From the NCBI RefSeq assembly GCF_006345805.1, contig NC_043006.1, forward strand, positions 25,358,001 to 25,422,000: a DNA stretch of 64,000 nucleotides, in the 5' to 3' direction. A model generated the notes under the pieces. That model was not told the DNA's origin. It made no database searches and saw only the letters and a program-made list of their open reading frames with translations. The DNA is from Octopus sinensis (Eukaryota). The translations under genes were made by a program, and so were the position numbers. Below are positions 49,920-62,909 of the stretch, piece by piece (positions within the stretch are counted from its first letter, which is position 1; every line of letters begins with the position of its first letter).

Positions 49920-50300
49920 GGAGGCGCAATGGCCCAGTGGTTAGGGCAGCGGACTCGCGGTCGTAGGATCGCGGTTTCGATTCCCAGACCGGGCGTTGTG
50001 AGTGTTTATTGAGCGAAAACACCTAAAAGCTCCACGAGGCTCCGGCAGGGGATGGTGGTGATCCTTGCTGTACCCTTTCACCACAACTTTCTCTCACTCT
50101 TACTTCCTGTTTCTGTTGTACCTGTATTTCAAAGGGCCGGCCTTGTCACTCTCTGTGTCACGCTGAATATCCCCGAGAACTACATTAAGGGTACACGTGT
50201 CTGTGGAGTGCTCAGCCACTTACATGTTAATTTCACGAGCAGGCTGTTCCATTGATCGGATCAACCGGAACCCTCGTCGTCATAACCGACGGAGTGCTTC
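49920..50300 (+). mobile_element. Young tRNA-derived SINE of a second family
   Basis: A box TGGCCCAGTGG, B box GTTTCGATTCC, CpG-rich body, tail ggaaccctcgtcgtcataaccgacggagtgc; flanked by (TA)n. Confidence 0.9.
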
Positions 50301-50304
50301 CATC

Positions 50305-50339
<35 letters not shown>

Positions 50340-51063
50340 TATGAGAGAAAGAGAGAGAAATATCACTGTTTTCATAATTCTGGTAGCCTTCAGTTTCCTG
50401 ATGCATTGGAAGGAAAATGAAGTTGATTGCCTCCCTTGTTAATATAGGTGTTGATGTCATCATTGACAATTTTCTTTTGTTTTTGTGATGATTATATGCA
50501 TTTAAGCTTTATCTTAATCTTCTATGATTTAATCCTTTAAATACAGAATTTTGCTTTCTGTTCATTAAGTGAATGATTTGCAAAGGTCGTTGTTCGTAAC
50601 CATCATTATACAACATGAAATTTGGATATTTGCGATGCTAAACATGATTTTGAACAGGTTTAAGGTTATTATTTTCTTACATTCTTATATTTAGCTTTTT
50701 TGTAGCACTGGGACATTATTAATTCTTGCATTTTGTATGTGTATACATGTGAGTTTGTGTGTGTGCTTGCATGCTTCATGTATGTGTGTGAATGTATGTA
50801 TATATATATACATATGTATATATACATATGTGTATGTATATATATGTGTGTGTGTGTGACTGCATATTTACTCTGTAATTCAAACTTAATTTAAATAAAA
50901 TTTGATGAAAATATTAGCAAGAAGGAAAACGAATTTTTTTAATTTAATGATGTTTTGAACATTTAAATAATATATGATAAACACAGTAACATCTTCCAAT
51001 ATACAACTAAAATCCTTACCTTCCTCAGATTTAAATTTCTTTGCTTAATCATGAATTCACACA

Positions 51064-51094
<31 letters not shown>

Positions 51095-51109
51095 ACACAC
51101 ACACTCATC

Positions 51110-51370
51110 TGTTTTTTCTGTCCACTATTGCTGAAAGGATTAAGGGAGTAGAGTCCTCAGACACTTCCTCCATAGGGTCCTGTTAGAAACAACCGTCATT
51201 ACACTTTCTGCTTGGATTCCTCAGCATAGACAGCTGAGACTATAGATATTATCTGGTCATCTCTTTCTTGGTTTAACCTTTGGTCTCCTACTAGTCGGCT
51301 CAGCTTGAAGAATCTATCTTGCAGTTTCTTTCCTGACATTCTAGTCCCATATTCCAGAGTTGTGGCCTTC
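51110..51370 (-). mobile_element. Decayed RTE C-terminal fragment
   Basis: Minus strand RPKVKPRKR*PDNI...LWRK resembles the GRPRKRWxDNI terminus. Confidence 0.55.
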
Positions 51371-52249
51371 CAGTGAAGAGAAGTAATATTTGTATGTGTT
51401 GAAAAGAATCAAAGGTCCTTTCTAAATCATAGACTCACAAAGCTGGCATTCCAGATTCAGAGTCATATGTATACTCGTCCTCTTCAGATGGGGTGCTGAT
51501 CCATTGCAGGATTATTCGCTTTTGCCAGCTGAGTGGATTGGAGCAATGTTAAATGAGTTTTGCTCAAGAACAACAATGCATTGCCTAACCCAGAAATTGA
51601 AACCTCAGTCTTACAATCATGTGTGCAACATTCTAACCACCAAGCCATGCACCTTCACAATACATGTGTATGTGTGTGTGTGTGTGTAAGTTGTCTGCAG
51701 ATTAAATATATTAATAAAAGAAAGCAGTAGTAAGAAGTTTGAGAAATGCTGTTTATTACTTATAATTCTTTAGTGATTTTGTTCTGCATGGAAGGAACTT
51801 TCCAGTGATTGTGGATTCTTGTGCATGGAGGTTTCATTTTATATATATATATGTGAGTATAGAGTGTATCAAGAAATGTTGACTGTTTGTTGAAGAATAT
51901 GAGGAGTTCAAATATTTTGTTCACTTGAATCTTGGAGTTGGACAAAGAATGTGTTTTGAGAGTGGCCAGTGAAGGGGTTTGTCTGCCTATTTATTGTTTT
52001 CAGTATATGGATATGGGTGTGTGTGTGTGTGGTGATTACTTCAAATATTTTCCTTTACATATTCTTAATTTGCTTTAGTACCATCATTAACAACAGAAAT
52101 GGTATCTGTTGGTGATTTGCTTTTGTTCATCAAGACAAGTCATTTTTATGAACATTTTCAATATCTCTATAAATAACATTTTTATGTTCTCTCTCTCTCT
52201 CTCTCTCATAAACACACATGTAATTTATTTATAGGTACATGTATGTATC

Positions 52250-52440
52250 AATCATCATTTAATGTTGATTTTCTGTGCTTGCATGGGCTGGACACTTTGA
52301 CAGGATTTGGCAAGTTGCAGGGCTATATCAAGCTCTGTCAGCTTTGGCATGGTTCCTACAGCTGGATACCCTTTCTAAAGCCAACCACTTTACAGGGTGT
52401 ACCTGGTGTTTTTTGTGCCACTGGCACTAGTGAGCTTGCC
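52250..52440 (-). mobile_element. Diverged RTE 3' UTR
   Basis: atcatcatttaatgttgattttctgtgcttgcatggg...cagctggataccctttctaaagccaaccac. Confidence 0.7.
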
Positions 52441-52714
52441 AAGTATGTTGCAAAACAAGAACAGGAAAAAGGAAAAAATGGGGAAATGCTCAACTAAATA
52501 GAAGTTTAGTATTCAAGAGGGGAAGGAACAGTGATGGTTCTAAGTTAAGTGTTGAAAGGCTAAAGTGTAATGGAAGGACAAGTCCAGGTGTTTTGCTATA
52601 GAGGTGATACAAGGTCACTCTGCATTATATGCATGGGTGAGAGTAGCTGGGAAGAAGATAGAGAAGGTGGTGTGGGATACCAGAGCATCTTGAGGTACAA
52701 GAAGGTTGTTATAA

Positions 52715-52811
52715 AGGCAGTGAGCTGGCAGCATCGTTAGCATGCCGGGCGAAATGCTTAGCAGTATTTCGTCTGCCACTACATTCTGAGTTCAAATTCC
52801 GCCGAGGTCGA
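52715..52811 (+). mobile_element. Truncated tRNA-derived SINE head (third family)
   Basis: aggcagtgagctggcag...gagttcaaattccgccgaggtcgac; same family as 59874-60095. Confidence 0.85.
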
Positions 52812-53199
52812 CAGTAGTCGCCTTTGTCAGGGTCCCATCTATGAGTTAATTAACATGTCACAGAATTGCTTCCAGAAGAAGGTCCCTCACAGACACCCCA
52901 ACAAACCCAACGATGAGACCCTTCAGCTCATTAGCTACTCCCTAAGAGAAGGTAACTTCATACAAATCCTGCATCCTGATAACTACTGGGCTCATGCCAC
53001 TTGTTGCACCAGACCAATACAAGTTCGAAGAGTGAGAGAGTGGAGCTAACTTTGCACAAACCATGCCACTATAATGATATTCATCATACAAATTCTTCAG
53101 CAAACCAAAACACTAGCACTATTACACTCTTTCTTCATAACTCCTGGGGCAATAGGAAAAGAGGCAATGGAGACAGGGAAAGAATGATACTTGATATCT

Positions 53200-53830
53200 T
53201 CAGCTTTGAACCTACACCCAGGTTGTCATAGGGTGAAAAGACATTTCCACTGTCTTGCTGAACGCTCATTTGTTAGAACAATGAGAATATGTATATGTGT
53301 GCATGGGTGGTTTTGGGCATGTATATATTCTCTTTTCAGTACTATGTGGCCATCCTGTATTTTTTTTTTCTTTCATCCATCCATCATCTTTCTGCTCAAC
53401 TACTGACTTGATCAGTCATGCTTTCTTTGGAACCTGCATGTGCTTATTCTTCAAACTCTGCTTTGTCTTAGCTTATTCTTTTTTCTATCTTTCTATCTCT
53501 AACTTTTCTTCCCAGGTCCTCTAAGATAACCAACTTCTGTCACTTCTGTGCATGTCATGTCTTAATGCTGTCTTATAGCTGAAAGGCCTTCTGTGTTGTT
53601 TATGAATGTGTGTGTGTGATATTGTTGCACCTTTTATGTGTCCATAGCTTACACTGGGTGTTCATAGCTTACACAGGGTGAATTGTAGGGAATTTCTACC
53701 CATGCTTTTCTACAGATCGAGCAGGGCCATCTACCTGAAGCGGGTTGTGATTTGACAGCCTTCTTACTTACTAAGACTTTGGTTTTGGTTAGGTTAACCC
53801 TAAGGCCCTTCGATTCTAGACCTTCCACAT
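53200..53830 (-). mobile_element. Decayed RTE RT fragment
   Basis: Minus strand GLESKGLRVNLTKTKVL...WPCSIC-like segment. Confidence 0.7.
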
Positions 53831-53834
53831 CCTA

Positions 53835-54800
53835 AACTTCTCCAGTTCTGAAACTCTTTTTGGCATTGAATTGATGAGCTTTGTGATTGTCTCTTGTGGA
53901 ATTTCTGCCCACTTTTCATGCAATAATCAAAACAATTCATCTTTAGATTTAGGTTTCTTTCAAGTTTTTCGTGTAGCTCTATCTAGTATGCTCCAAAGAT
54001 TTTCAGTTGGGTTTATGTCAGCCATTGTTGATTCCTTTTTGCTGTGTGGCATGGAGCCCCATCTTCCATGAATAAAAACTCATTTTTCGTTATGTTATCG
54101 TGTGAATACATTGAAAGTAGTCCTTGCTGAAGTATTTCGATTATATTTCAGAGTTTATGGTTCCAACACATTTGATCAGCTCAGAACAACCATTGCTGGT
54201 GACAGCTTTCCATACCATTACAGAGATACCGCCATGTTTCACAGTTGTTTGGAGTCGTTTCAAATCAAATTCTTGATTGGGAAGCCTCCAGACTCAAGCA
54301 CATCCACTGTCTGAAAATAATGCAAATCTGGAGAAAATCACTCTACCCCAAAATGAACTGGATTTTTCTGACATCTCCTTAGTCCATTTCTTTCTTTTCG
54401 TGATATTAATTGGTTGAAGGAGAGGTTTTCTTCTAGCTGCTCGTCCATAATACCCAAGCATATGCAGATATGTAACACATGTTCTTGGACTAACTTCTAG
54501 TTGTTTTGCAATGTCAGAAGCCATCAAACGGGGTTCATTTTCCACAAATCTCTTCAAACAGCGAAGCTTCCTTTCTAAGGGCGCAGGTCAGCTGGGATGA
54601 GAATCTGTTGATTCTTTTCCATTGTTTTTGAATTGCACTATAATTCTATTAACAGTAGCAAGAGGAAGTTGAAGATTTTCAGCAATTTTTCGCTGGCTAA
54701 GACCAGCCTAAGATTGCCCCAAAATATGACCTCTTTGAAAATCTGACTGTTCTGCTGAATTTTCTGTGCATGGCATGGTTACTCTTTGCAAATGTTTACT
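53835..54800 (-). mobile_element. Decayed Tc1-family transposon
   Basis: GYYGRAARRKPLL...WGRVIFS-RFALF (the usual DES after FS looks deleted), [32 protein letters not shown]; TIRs not resolved. Confidence 0.88.
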
Positions 54801-55232
54801 ATAATGGCACCTGGAATGAAAAAGAATAATTACATTGTAGATTCTACACTGCTGAAAACATATTAAGATGCTTAGATCAGAAATTTTGAAAATTAAAGGT
54901 GTCTATTTACTTCCTGCATGTGTGTGTGTGTAATGTATGTATATATACAAATGTACATAATAGTGGTTAGTACAGCAGTTCTGTACAAGCTGATTTTCTT
55001 TTTCTCAGATTCCTGCTTTTCCAGATTCTTTTGCACAGTCTTAATAAATGCACAAGTACACAAACTTATATCTTTATTTAGTCTTGATGTCTTTGTTTGT
55101 TGTTTTTTTTTTTTATTTAACTATATTTTATTATTCCAAACTTCGTTTTGTGAATTATGATTTCATTTTGAAGCTATACTTCAGCAATTTTCTTAGTCTT
55201 CAATTTATTTTTTTACAATCTTTTTCTTTCAG

Positions 55233-55303
55233 GCTCAAACTGGAAGTGAAGATGCTGCTGCTGCTATCACTGAAAAATATAAAAATAATAATGTAGCTGA
55301 AAA
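55233..55303 (+). CDS. PARD3: Par-3 coding exon (inferred exon 6), linker before PDZ1
   Basis: tttttctttcag|GCT...GAA AA|gtaagt; 71 nt, phase 0-2; AQTGSEDAAAAITEKYKNNNVAE; supplies exactly the phase change needed between the flanking exons; little sequence conservation to rely on. Confidence 0.78.
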
Positions 55304-56318
55304 GTAAGTACTATATATGCAATTAACTAGTTGAATTATTTTACACAGAAATGTGTGTGATTTTCTTTTGTCTTATGGGTATAGGCACAGACATGGCTGT
55401 GTGAGCAAGAAGTTCATTTCACAACCATGTGATTTGGGGTTTAGTCCTACTACATGACACCTTGGGTAAGTTCTTTTTAAAATAGCCCCAGGCTTGCAAA
55501 TGGCTAAATGCCTTACAAGTGAATTTAGTAAGAAACTGTGCAGAAGCCTCTCACATATGTATATGATCAGCTGAGGTCACATGGTATTAATGCTATGAAA
55601 GCGACACTAACTGTTTTCTTTATTTTTAGGTCCACGTACACTGACAGGATTTTAGCAGGTTGCTAGCATCACATTGGCAGAAGGGTGCAACATAGTGTAT
55701 TCAGTGACATCAGCTTCTTTCACTGGGTATCACATATGGTAGGATGGGATGTTGGTACAAGTCAGTAGCTCAGCTGTTCTCTTGTGGTATATTAACACAT
55801 TTGCATATGTGAGAGTAACCAAATTTGATGGTGTTTGGTTACAGTTGCGGTTACAGCCTGCTCTCAGAGTGGTGCTAGCAGCTTAACATCTGAACACATT
55901 GACCTAAAACTAAAGAAAACAGCTAGTGTCGTTTTCAGAATGACCTGAGATGACCAACGGGCTTATTACCTAAAAACCATCTTGAATTCCTCACTAAAGA
56001 ATCCCTCACTCTGTCTTTAACAAGTGATGAGGTGGACATGTCCTACACACCCATGTAACTGTTATTAAAAATATATGTAACTCCTACAAAATGTGTTAAG
56101 TGCTACATATTTTGTTTGTTCTCTACCTCATACAAGTGTGTGTGTTTGTGTGTGTAAGAATGAACACACATACATGCAATGGGCTTACGTACTGTGTCTA
56201 CCAAATTTCAAAATAACCATGACATTTCCATGGGGATTGCAAGCCAATATGTAATATTTATGAGAAGTAATAGGCAAGCAACCCTTTAATCATTTAGAAC
56301 ACTTGAATTAATTCTATA

Positions 56319-56730
56319 GGCACAGGAGTGGCTGTGTGGTAAGTAGCTTGCTTACCAACCACATGGTTCCGGGTTCAGTCCCACTGCATGGCACCTTGGG
56401 CAAGTGTCTTCTACTATAGCCTTGGGCCGACCAAAGCCTTGTGACTGGATTTGGTAGATGGAAACCGAAAGAAGCCCGTCGTATATATGTATATATATGT
56501 ATGCATGTGTGTATATGTTTGTATGTCTGTGTTTGTCCCCCCAACATCACTTGACAACCGATGTTGGTGTGTTTACGTCCCTGTAACTTAGTGGTTTGGC
56601 AAAAGAGGCCGATAGAATAAGTACTAGGCTTACAAAGAATAAGTCCTGGGGGTCGATTTCCTCGACTAAAGGCGGTGCTCCAGCATGGCCGCAGTCAAAT
56701 GACTGAAACAAGTAAAAGAGTTTAAAGAGT
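56319..56730 (+). mobile_element. Full-length tRNA-derived SINE
   Basis: Closely similar to 25803-26213 and 61474-61868. Confidence 0.92.
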
Positions 56731-56799
56731 GAAAGTGTATATATCGAGTTTTAAAATAAATTTTGCATTATAAACCTAGAGTGAACATTCAGATTTGAT

Positions 56800-57700
56800 G
56801 CAGGCCAAGGTTTTGAACTAATTGGGTCTCATACACCTTCATTGTAGTTAGAACCACACATGCTCTCTTTCCATCTTAGCGTTTCTGTATCTGCCAACAT
56901 CCACATTAAGAATATCTCAAGCACTACTAATCAAACATGTAGCATATCTCTACAATCCTGTGGCTCCACATTTTACAGCCATAGAAGAGTATTAATAATA
57001 TATATGAGTGCCTGATGCATATGGAACTAGGTTTATTAATGAATGTCACAGCAGTTCCATAGACAGCTGTGGAGTTGTGTGAAAGCTGGGACACATAGGC
57101 AGAAAGAAAACTGTTGTAATATTTTATTGGGAACACCCCAACAATTTATTTTAGTGAGATTGAGATGTTCACTATTGTAGCTTTCGCTACTAAAGGAAAT
57201 TACTTAGAATAGATATTGTCGTGCTTTCCTGCTTTGGCATACCGGTCACTAGCAATGATAAGTATGTTCTGTCAGAGGATTCTGTCAATAAGAGATTTTA
57301 GCTGGTTATAGAAAGAATTCGTTGTTTTATCTGAGGATGCAGAAGCCAGGTTACTCTCAGTGCTACTGGTAGCATGTAATCCAGCAGAATCTGTTATATG
57401 GTTGGGTCATCAATGTCTAGATCAGCACCCTTAGCAAGCTGTCTAGGTGAGTGGTGTCATTAGAAACCCAACAAGATAAAAACAAGCTCTGTCAAATGGA
57501 TAGGTGAGGCTAGCATAGAGTCAATGACCACAGTAACAGTGTGTGGGAACATGGAAATCTGCACTCAAAATCTTGTGTGCATGTGCCCCAAAATATGACT
57601 TCTACTAGTGGCTCTAGCCTCTGTGTCTGTACATACGATGACAAGTTGGAGTAAAGCCAGTCATTACATTATTTCATATGCTTTGACTGATTATTCTAAT
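56800..57700 (-). mobile_element. Very old RTE remnant
   Basis: ILFYGCKMWS....YMFD resembles RTE LLYGCETW...FD. Confidence 0.45.
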
Positions 57701-58008
57701 TTGACAATGTGCTTGTAGGTTCAGAACTTCTATTGTAAAAATGCCCAAAACATCTATTATGAGCATGGTTCATTTTGACAAATAGTCCTTCAGCAAATAA
57801 CAAGCCTATTACCATTATTGTTTTTTATGAGTTATAAAATATATCTGTATAAAACTGTCCAGTATTGTTTACCGCTTACATCTCAGTAGCTCTCCATTAG
57901 GAAGGAATTTTTAAATAACCTTTATAAGTTTTAAGATTTGGAAAATTGTATTGCTTATATCCATTGGAGAATTCTAAAATTGAATCAAGAGGTATCACAG
58001 TTTAAATA

Positions 58009-59261
58009 TTGGGTCATCCCATAAGTAATGCAGTTTTTTCAATTGCATGAGCTAAAAGTTGGAGGGGGACAGGATAAACTACCTGCATCAACTTGCTGTA
58101 AAAGCAGGTAGTAATTTTACCTTACCCTTATTCTTAGTGAAAGTTTTGAAGAGTGCAGTTGAATTTTAACAGTTATTTTTTTCAAAGCTATAATGGAAGT
58201 AACAAATGAGCATATTTGACATATTTTGCATTGTGAGTTCAATAAAGGCAACAATGCAACAGAAAGTATATGAGGATTAGACAATAAGCGTAAGCCAGTG
58301 TCAACGGTGGTTCCAGAAATCCCGAGCTGGAAACTACAGCCTAGAAGACAAGCCACGTCCGGGAAGATCTGTAGAGCGCAACAAGGACATCCTGCAAACC
58401 CTGGTGAAACAAAATCCCATCATAACTGTTGAGGAACTAGCAGAGAAGCTTGGATTTGGTCATTCAGCCATTCATTGACACCTGCGTGCCATCAGAAAAG
58501 TCGGTAAATTGGGTCAATGGGTTCCTCACAAACTTTCCATGTCTAATCGTGTACGGAAAGTTGTGTGTTCTTTGCTGTCACGTCTCACAAATTAACCTTT
58601 TTGGACGGAATAATGACTGATGACAAGAAGTTCTCTATAAAAATGTCAAGTGCCAAAGACAGTGAGTAGGAAACGGAGAAACACTGGCACCCCAGGCTAA
58701 AGAAGGTCTTCTCCAACGTATGGTGTTATCTTTTTGGTGGGATATGAAAGATTTAGTCCACTTTGAACTTTTAAACCCAAACCAAATGATAACAAAGGAG
58801 ATCTACTGCAAGCAGCTTGGGAGGCTTAAGTCAGCACTAGAAGAAAAACGACCATCTTCAGTTTCAAGATGAAAGGTGTTCTTCCATCAGGATAATGCTT
58901 GGCCACATACAGTGAGGATGACATTCCAAAGGCTGGAGTAGTTTGAATAGGAAACAATGCTCCACCTACCATATTTGCCAGGCATTGCCCCATTTGGTTA
59001 TAATTTATTCTGCAGTCCTCAAAATCATTTGGATGGAAAAAATATAAATTTTGTAGACAAGGTCAGCACAGTACTGAAGGAGTATTTTTTTGTCACGGAT
59101 AAGTAAATTCTGGAAGAGGGTCCTTGCAACTCTATTAGATAGATGGGAAAACATAGTAGAAAATGATGGAGAGTATAGTTTAGATTAAAAAAGAACTTTG
59201 TTTATCTTAATTTTGAAAAATAAAGTATAAATAAAACTGCATTATTTATGGGATGACCCAG
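58009..59261 (+). mobile_element. Complete mariner element (1253 bp) with a dead transposase
   Basis: TA|TTGGGTCATCCCATAAGTAATGCAGTTTT ... AAAACTGCATTATTTATGGGATGACCCAG|TA (27 of 29 match); ATG at 58193; WVPHKL and HQDNAWPH motifs; stops and frameshifts. Confidence 0.96.
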
Positions 59262-59345
59262 TAATTTAATTTGTTTTTTTGTCTTAAACTAAATGTTAAC
59301 TAGAAAATGATTAGTTTTCATTTCCTCAAATATAAATCATTACAG

Positions 59346-59429
59346 AGAACTTGAAATTATTGTAACTTTGAAAAATGACGGTGAGCCTCTTGGGATACAT
59401 GTCCTACCAGATTACGATGAGGATGAAAA
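59346..59429 (+). CDS. PARD3: Par-3 coding exon (inferred exon 7), PDZ1 strands A-B
   Basis: cattacag|A GAA...GAA AA|gtaagt; 84 nt, phase 2-2; ELEIIVTLKNDGEPLGIHVLPDYDEDE matches Par-3 PDZ1 NDGGPLGIHVVP. Confidence 0.95.
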
Positions 59430-59873
59430 GTAAGTACATTGAGCTTGTTTTAAGTATAACATTACATAGTTGTATGTCTCTTAGAATAAAAGAATGAAAA
59501 TTCTATATTTACTCTAATGATTAAACAGTGTAATCTTTACTGAAGCTGTGTAACATGTTTGTCAGTTTTTTGCTACTGAACCAATATTTTAATCCATTCA
59601 GTTACTTCCTCTCTTGGAACATCTTGGATGTATGCTAATTATTGATATATCATCACTCTTATCTCCAGCATCAGAATAATTCACTAGTATTCTTTTCTCC
59701 TGTGTGACACACCAGTAGTCTCAAGCATTTGAAGACCATAATGAATGTGAGCAATTTTAGTTGATATCAGTAAAGCCTTTGACAAAATGTGGTATGCAAA
59801 TCTTTTGACTGAGACTAAAGCTCCTTACTATGAATTATGCTAAAAACTGAAGTCCTGCATCTGAATCTTTTTA

Positions 59874-60095
59874 AGGCGGTGAGCTGGCAGAAATGTTAGC
59901 ACACCGGGCGAAATGCTTATCAGTATTTTGTTTTGTCTTTACGTTCTGAGTTCAAATTCTACCTAGGTCAACTTTGCTTTTCATCCTTTCGGGGTCAATA
60001 AATTAAGTACCAGTTGCATACTGGGGTCGATCTAATCAGCTGTTCCCTCCCCAAAAATTCCTGGCCTTGTGCCTAGAGTAGAAAAGAATATTCCC
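59874..60095 (+). mobile_element. tRNA-derived SINE with a Nin-like central domain
   Basis: aggcggtgagctggcagaa...gagttcaaatt...tttcatcctttcggggtcaataaattaagtaccagt...ctggggtcgat. Confidence 0.85.
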
Positions 60096-60326
60096 ATTTC
60101 ATTCTCAGTACTAAAATATGAAGAATATTGCTACATTCCACGCATGATCTAGTAAACTCAATTTGAAAAATATATATATTCATTCATTTTAGTCACAGGA
60201 ATATTTTAACTCTGTGACTATGCTCATCATCAGTTACCTTTTTTCAGTTGCCTTTAACTCATTTCACTCTTATACAGATGATCAAACAAACTGCTCACCT
60301 TTTTCTCCAAATTCAATATATAACAT

Positions 60327-60715
60327 TATCTCTCTATCCGCTCAGTCGAAGTCGACTCTCAGTTACTCGATGGATCAGTGTCCTCCAGTCAGTTCTATCC
60401 TGGGCCGCTTCTTTCAGATTGGCTATGTCCATTCCGGTATCACTCTTGATGGTGTCAAGCCAGCGGGTTCTTGGTCGGCCTCTTCCTCTCTTGCCACTGA
60501 CCATTCCGAGCATGATGTCCTTCTCCAGGGGTTTTCTCTGCATAATATGACCAAAATATGCCAATCTATGCTTGGTGATCCTAGCTTCTAGCGACATTTT
60601 CGGCCTGATCTGCTTAAGAACTTCTCCATTGGTGAGCCTCGCTGTCCATGGAATCCATAAAAGTCTTCTCCAACACCAAAGCTCAAATGCATTAATTCTC
60701 TTCTGGTCAGCTTGA
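60327..60715 (-). mobile_element. BovB-like RTE 3' end, copy 2
   Basis: DQKRINAFELWCWRRLLWIPWTARLTNGEVLKQIRPKMSLEARITKHRLAYFGHIMQRK...RLRLSG* open reading. Confidence 0.92.
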
Positions 60716-61473
60716 CATTGACCTCGTTCATCAGTGAGAACCTAAACTGTATCATTCAATAGGGACTCCAAAATTTAATAATGCTTAACAATTTTAAAGT
60801 ACAAATGTTACTTAGTTCTTGGAAAAAGAGCTACTTCACACTACCAAATTTTATAAACTTAAAATATTGTTGACTATTATATCCTTAGCAGTCTTTCAAC
60901 ATCAATGATTTGCCTTCTTTTCAGAACTAAGAAATATTTCAGTTCTTGGCAACAGTTAATGTTCCAAATATGTTGTTATGGAGACAAACTCTATTCTCAA
61001 AATACATTTAGAAGAATTCCTTCTGACGAGAAACTGTCAGTATTTAGTTCATTGTCATGTGTTCTCTCTCTCTGCTTCTTCTAGTACTATTATTGCTACT
61101 TACACTCTGCACATAATTTTTAACTAACCTCTAGTTTTTAATTCTTCCTTCACTGTTTTAAATTGAGAGATGTTTATGAAAATTGGTAGTGTACGGTAAC
61201 TCTCCTTTCTAAAAGTTAATAACATTTATGCTTTATAATTGTTAAACATTACCAGATTTTAGGGTTCTTACTAAATGTTACAGTTCAGATTCTCACTGAA
61301 GGAAGATAACGCCACCCTTACAGCCACAATGAACTATCTTAAGCAACCCCTGATTTCTGAACTATGTTGCCGTTTTCTTGATCCCAAAAGCTAGATATAA
61401 TACAACGATTACATTATATAAATATAAATTTTCATGTCTTTCGTCTTCCTTTATTTTAAATATTTTATAATAT

Positions 61474-61868
61474 AGGAGTGGCTGTGTGGTAAGTAGCTTG
61501 CTAACCAACCACATGGTCCCGGGTTCAGTCTCACTGCGTGGCATCTTGGGCAAGTGTCTTCTGCTATAGCCCTGGACCGACCAATGCCTTGTGAGTGGAT
61601 TTGGTAGACGGAAACTGAAAGAAGCCTGTCGTATATATGTATATATATATGTATGTGTGTGTCTGCTGTGTTTGTCCCCCTAGCATTGCTTGACAATCGA
61701 TGCTGGTGTGTTTACGTCCCCGTCACTTAGCAGTTCGGTAAAAGAGACTGATAGAATAAGTACTGGGCTTACAAAGAATAAGTCCTGGGGTCGATTTGCT
61801 CGACTAAAGGCGGTGCTCCAGCATGGCCGCAGTCAAAATGACTGAAACAAGTAAAAGAGTAAAAGAGA
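61474..61868 (+). mobile_element. Full-length tRNA-derived SINE
   Basis: Same family as 25803 and 56319; tail aaaagagtaaaagagaa. Confidence 0.92.
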
Positions 61869-62593
61869 ATGTATTCTGTAGTATGTATTTTAAAAAGATT
61901 CTTTGATAGCGGCAGTGAGTTTTAGTCAATGAAATATCTAGTAGGTGGCCTTAGACTTGATCAGCCAGATAATATAACTGATTTTTTTCCATTCTCTTAA
62001 ATGTAATAAGTGCTTGTGCTATCCACTTTTGCAACATGAAAGCTTTTAACATTATTGATTAGATTTGCGCCTTTCAGGATATTTTTCGATTGTTCACCAT
62101 AAATAGTTTAAGCTGACTTTTTCGGCTTTTTAGTGGCAAGAAAGACAATGAGCATTTGAAAGCCCAAGACTGTTAGATAACTCTGTTATCAATCAATTTT
62201 GTTAATCTGACATTCTAAGATGGCATTAAAAGACTACAGATGTTGTCATTGTTTTAAGATTGACTTTGCCCATGGTCAGAGAAAACAAGGACTGGTAAAC
62301 TTTTCTGTTGAAATACTATCCCAATAAACTTCATAAACAAAAATCAAGATAAGCTTTAAGATAACATACAAGAGAAGCAATTGGAAGTTCTAAAGGAATA
62401 AAGAAAAACATACCTTTTCCATTATTAAAGAGGAATTTGATGAAGCTCTAAAACATAATATAAAGAATTAAGAAATCATGTGGTTTTCATACATGATCTG
62501 GGAACCCTGTTTAAAAAACTGTTCATTCATTTGTTTTTTTTTCACACACACACACACACACACATTCATAACTCTTATTTTGTTGGTTTCCAG

Positions 62594-62719
62594 GGAAACT
62601 GGTCTTCTTGTGCAAAGTATTGAACCTGGCAGTAAAATCGGTTGTGATGGAAGGCTTAAGCCAGATGATCGCATTGTCGAGATTAATGGAGTTAATCTCA
62701 TGGGAATCTCTTTTGACAA
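62594..62719 (+). CDS. PARD3: Par-3 coding exon (inferred exon 8), PDZ1 core
   Basis: ggtttccag|G GAA...GAC AA|gtaaat; 126 nt, phase 2-2; ETGLLVQSIEPGSKIGCDGRLKPDDRIVEINGVNLMGISFD is a PDZ fold resembling Bazooka PDZ1. Confidence 0.96.
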
Positions 62720-62909
62720 GTAAATAAATTTGTATTTTTTTTGTATGTGTTTAAATGCAATTGTGTTTGTTAGTGTCTGCTTGCATGGATCAGATGAAAT
62801 TCATTGATGCAGATGTTCTACAATTGAATTGCCTTCCTGTTGCCAACCCTCATTTGTTCCCAAGCAAGATATTGCCCCCAGTCCTTAGAACATAAACAGT
62901 ATACTATCA

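Noticed and set aside
61023-61040. CTGACGA-GAAAC-TGTCAG
   Set aside because: No helix II and weak helix I; better read as a short chance hairpin ctgac/gtcag
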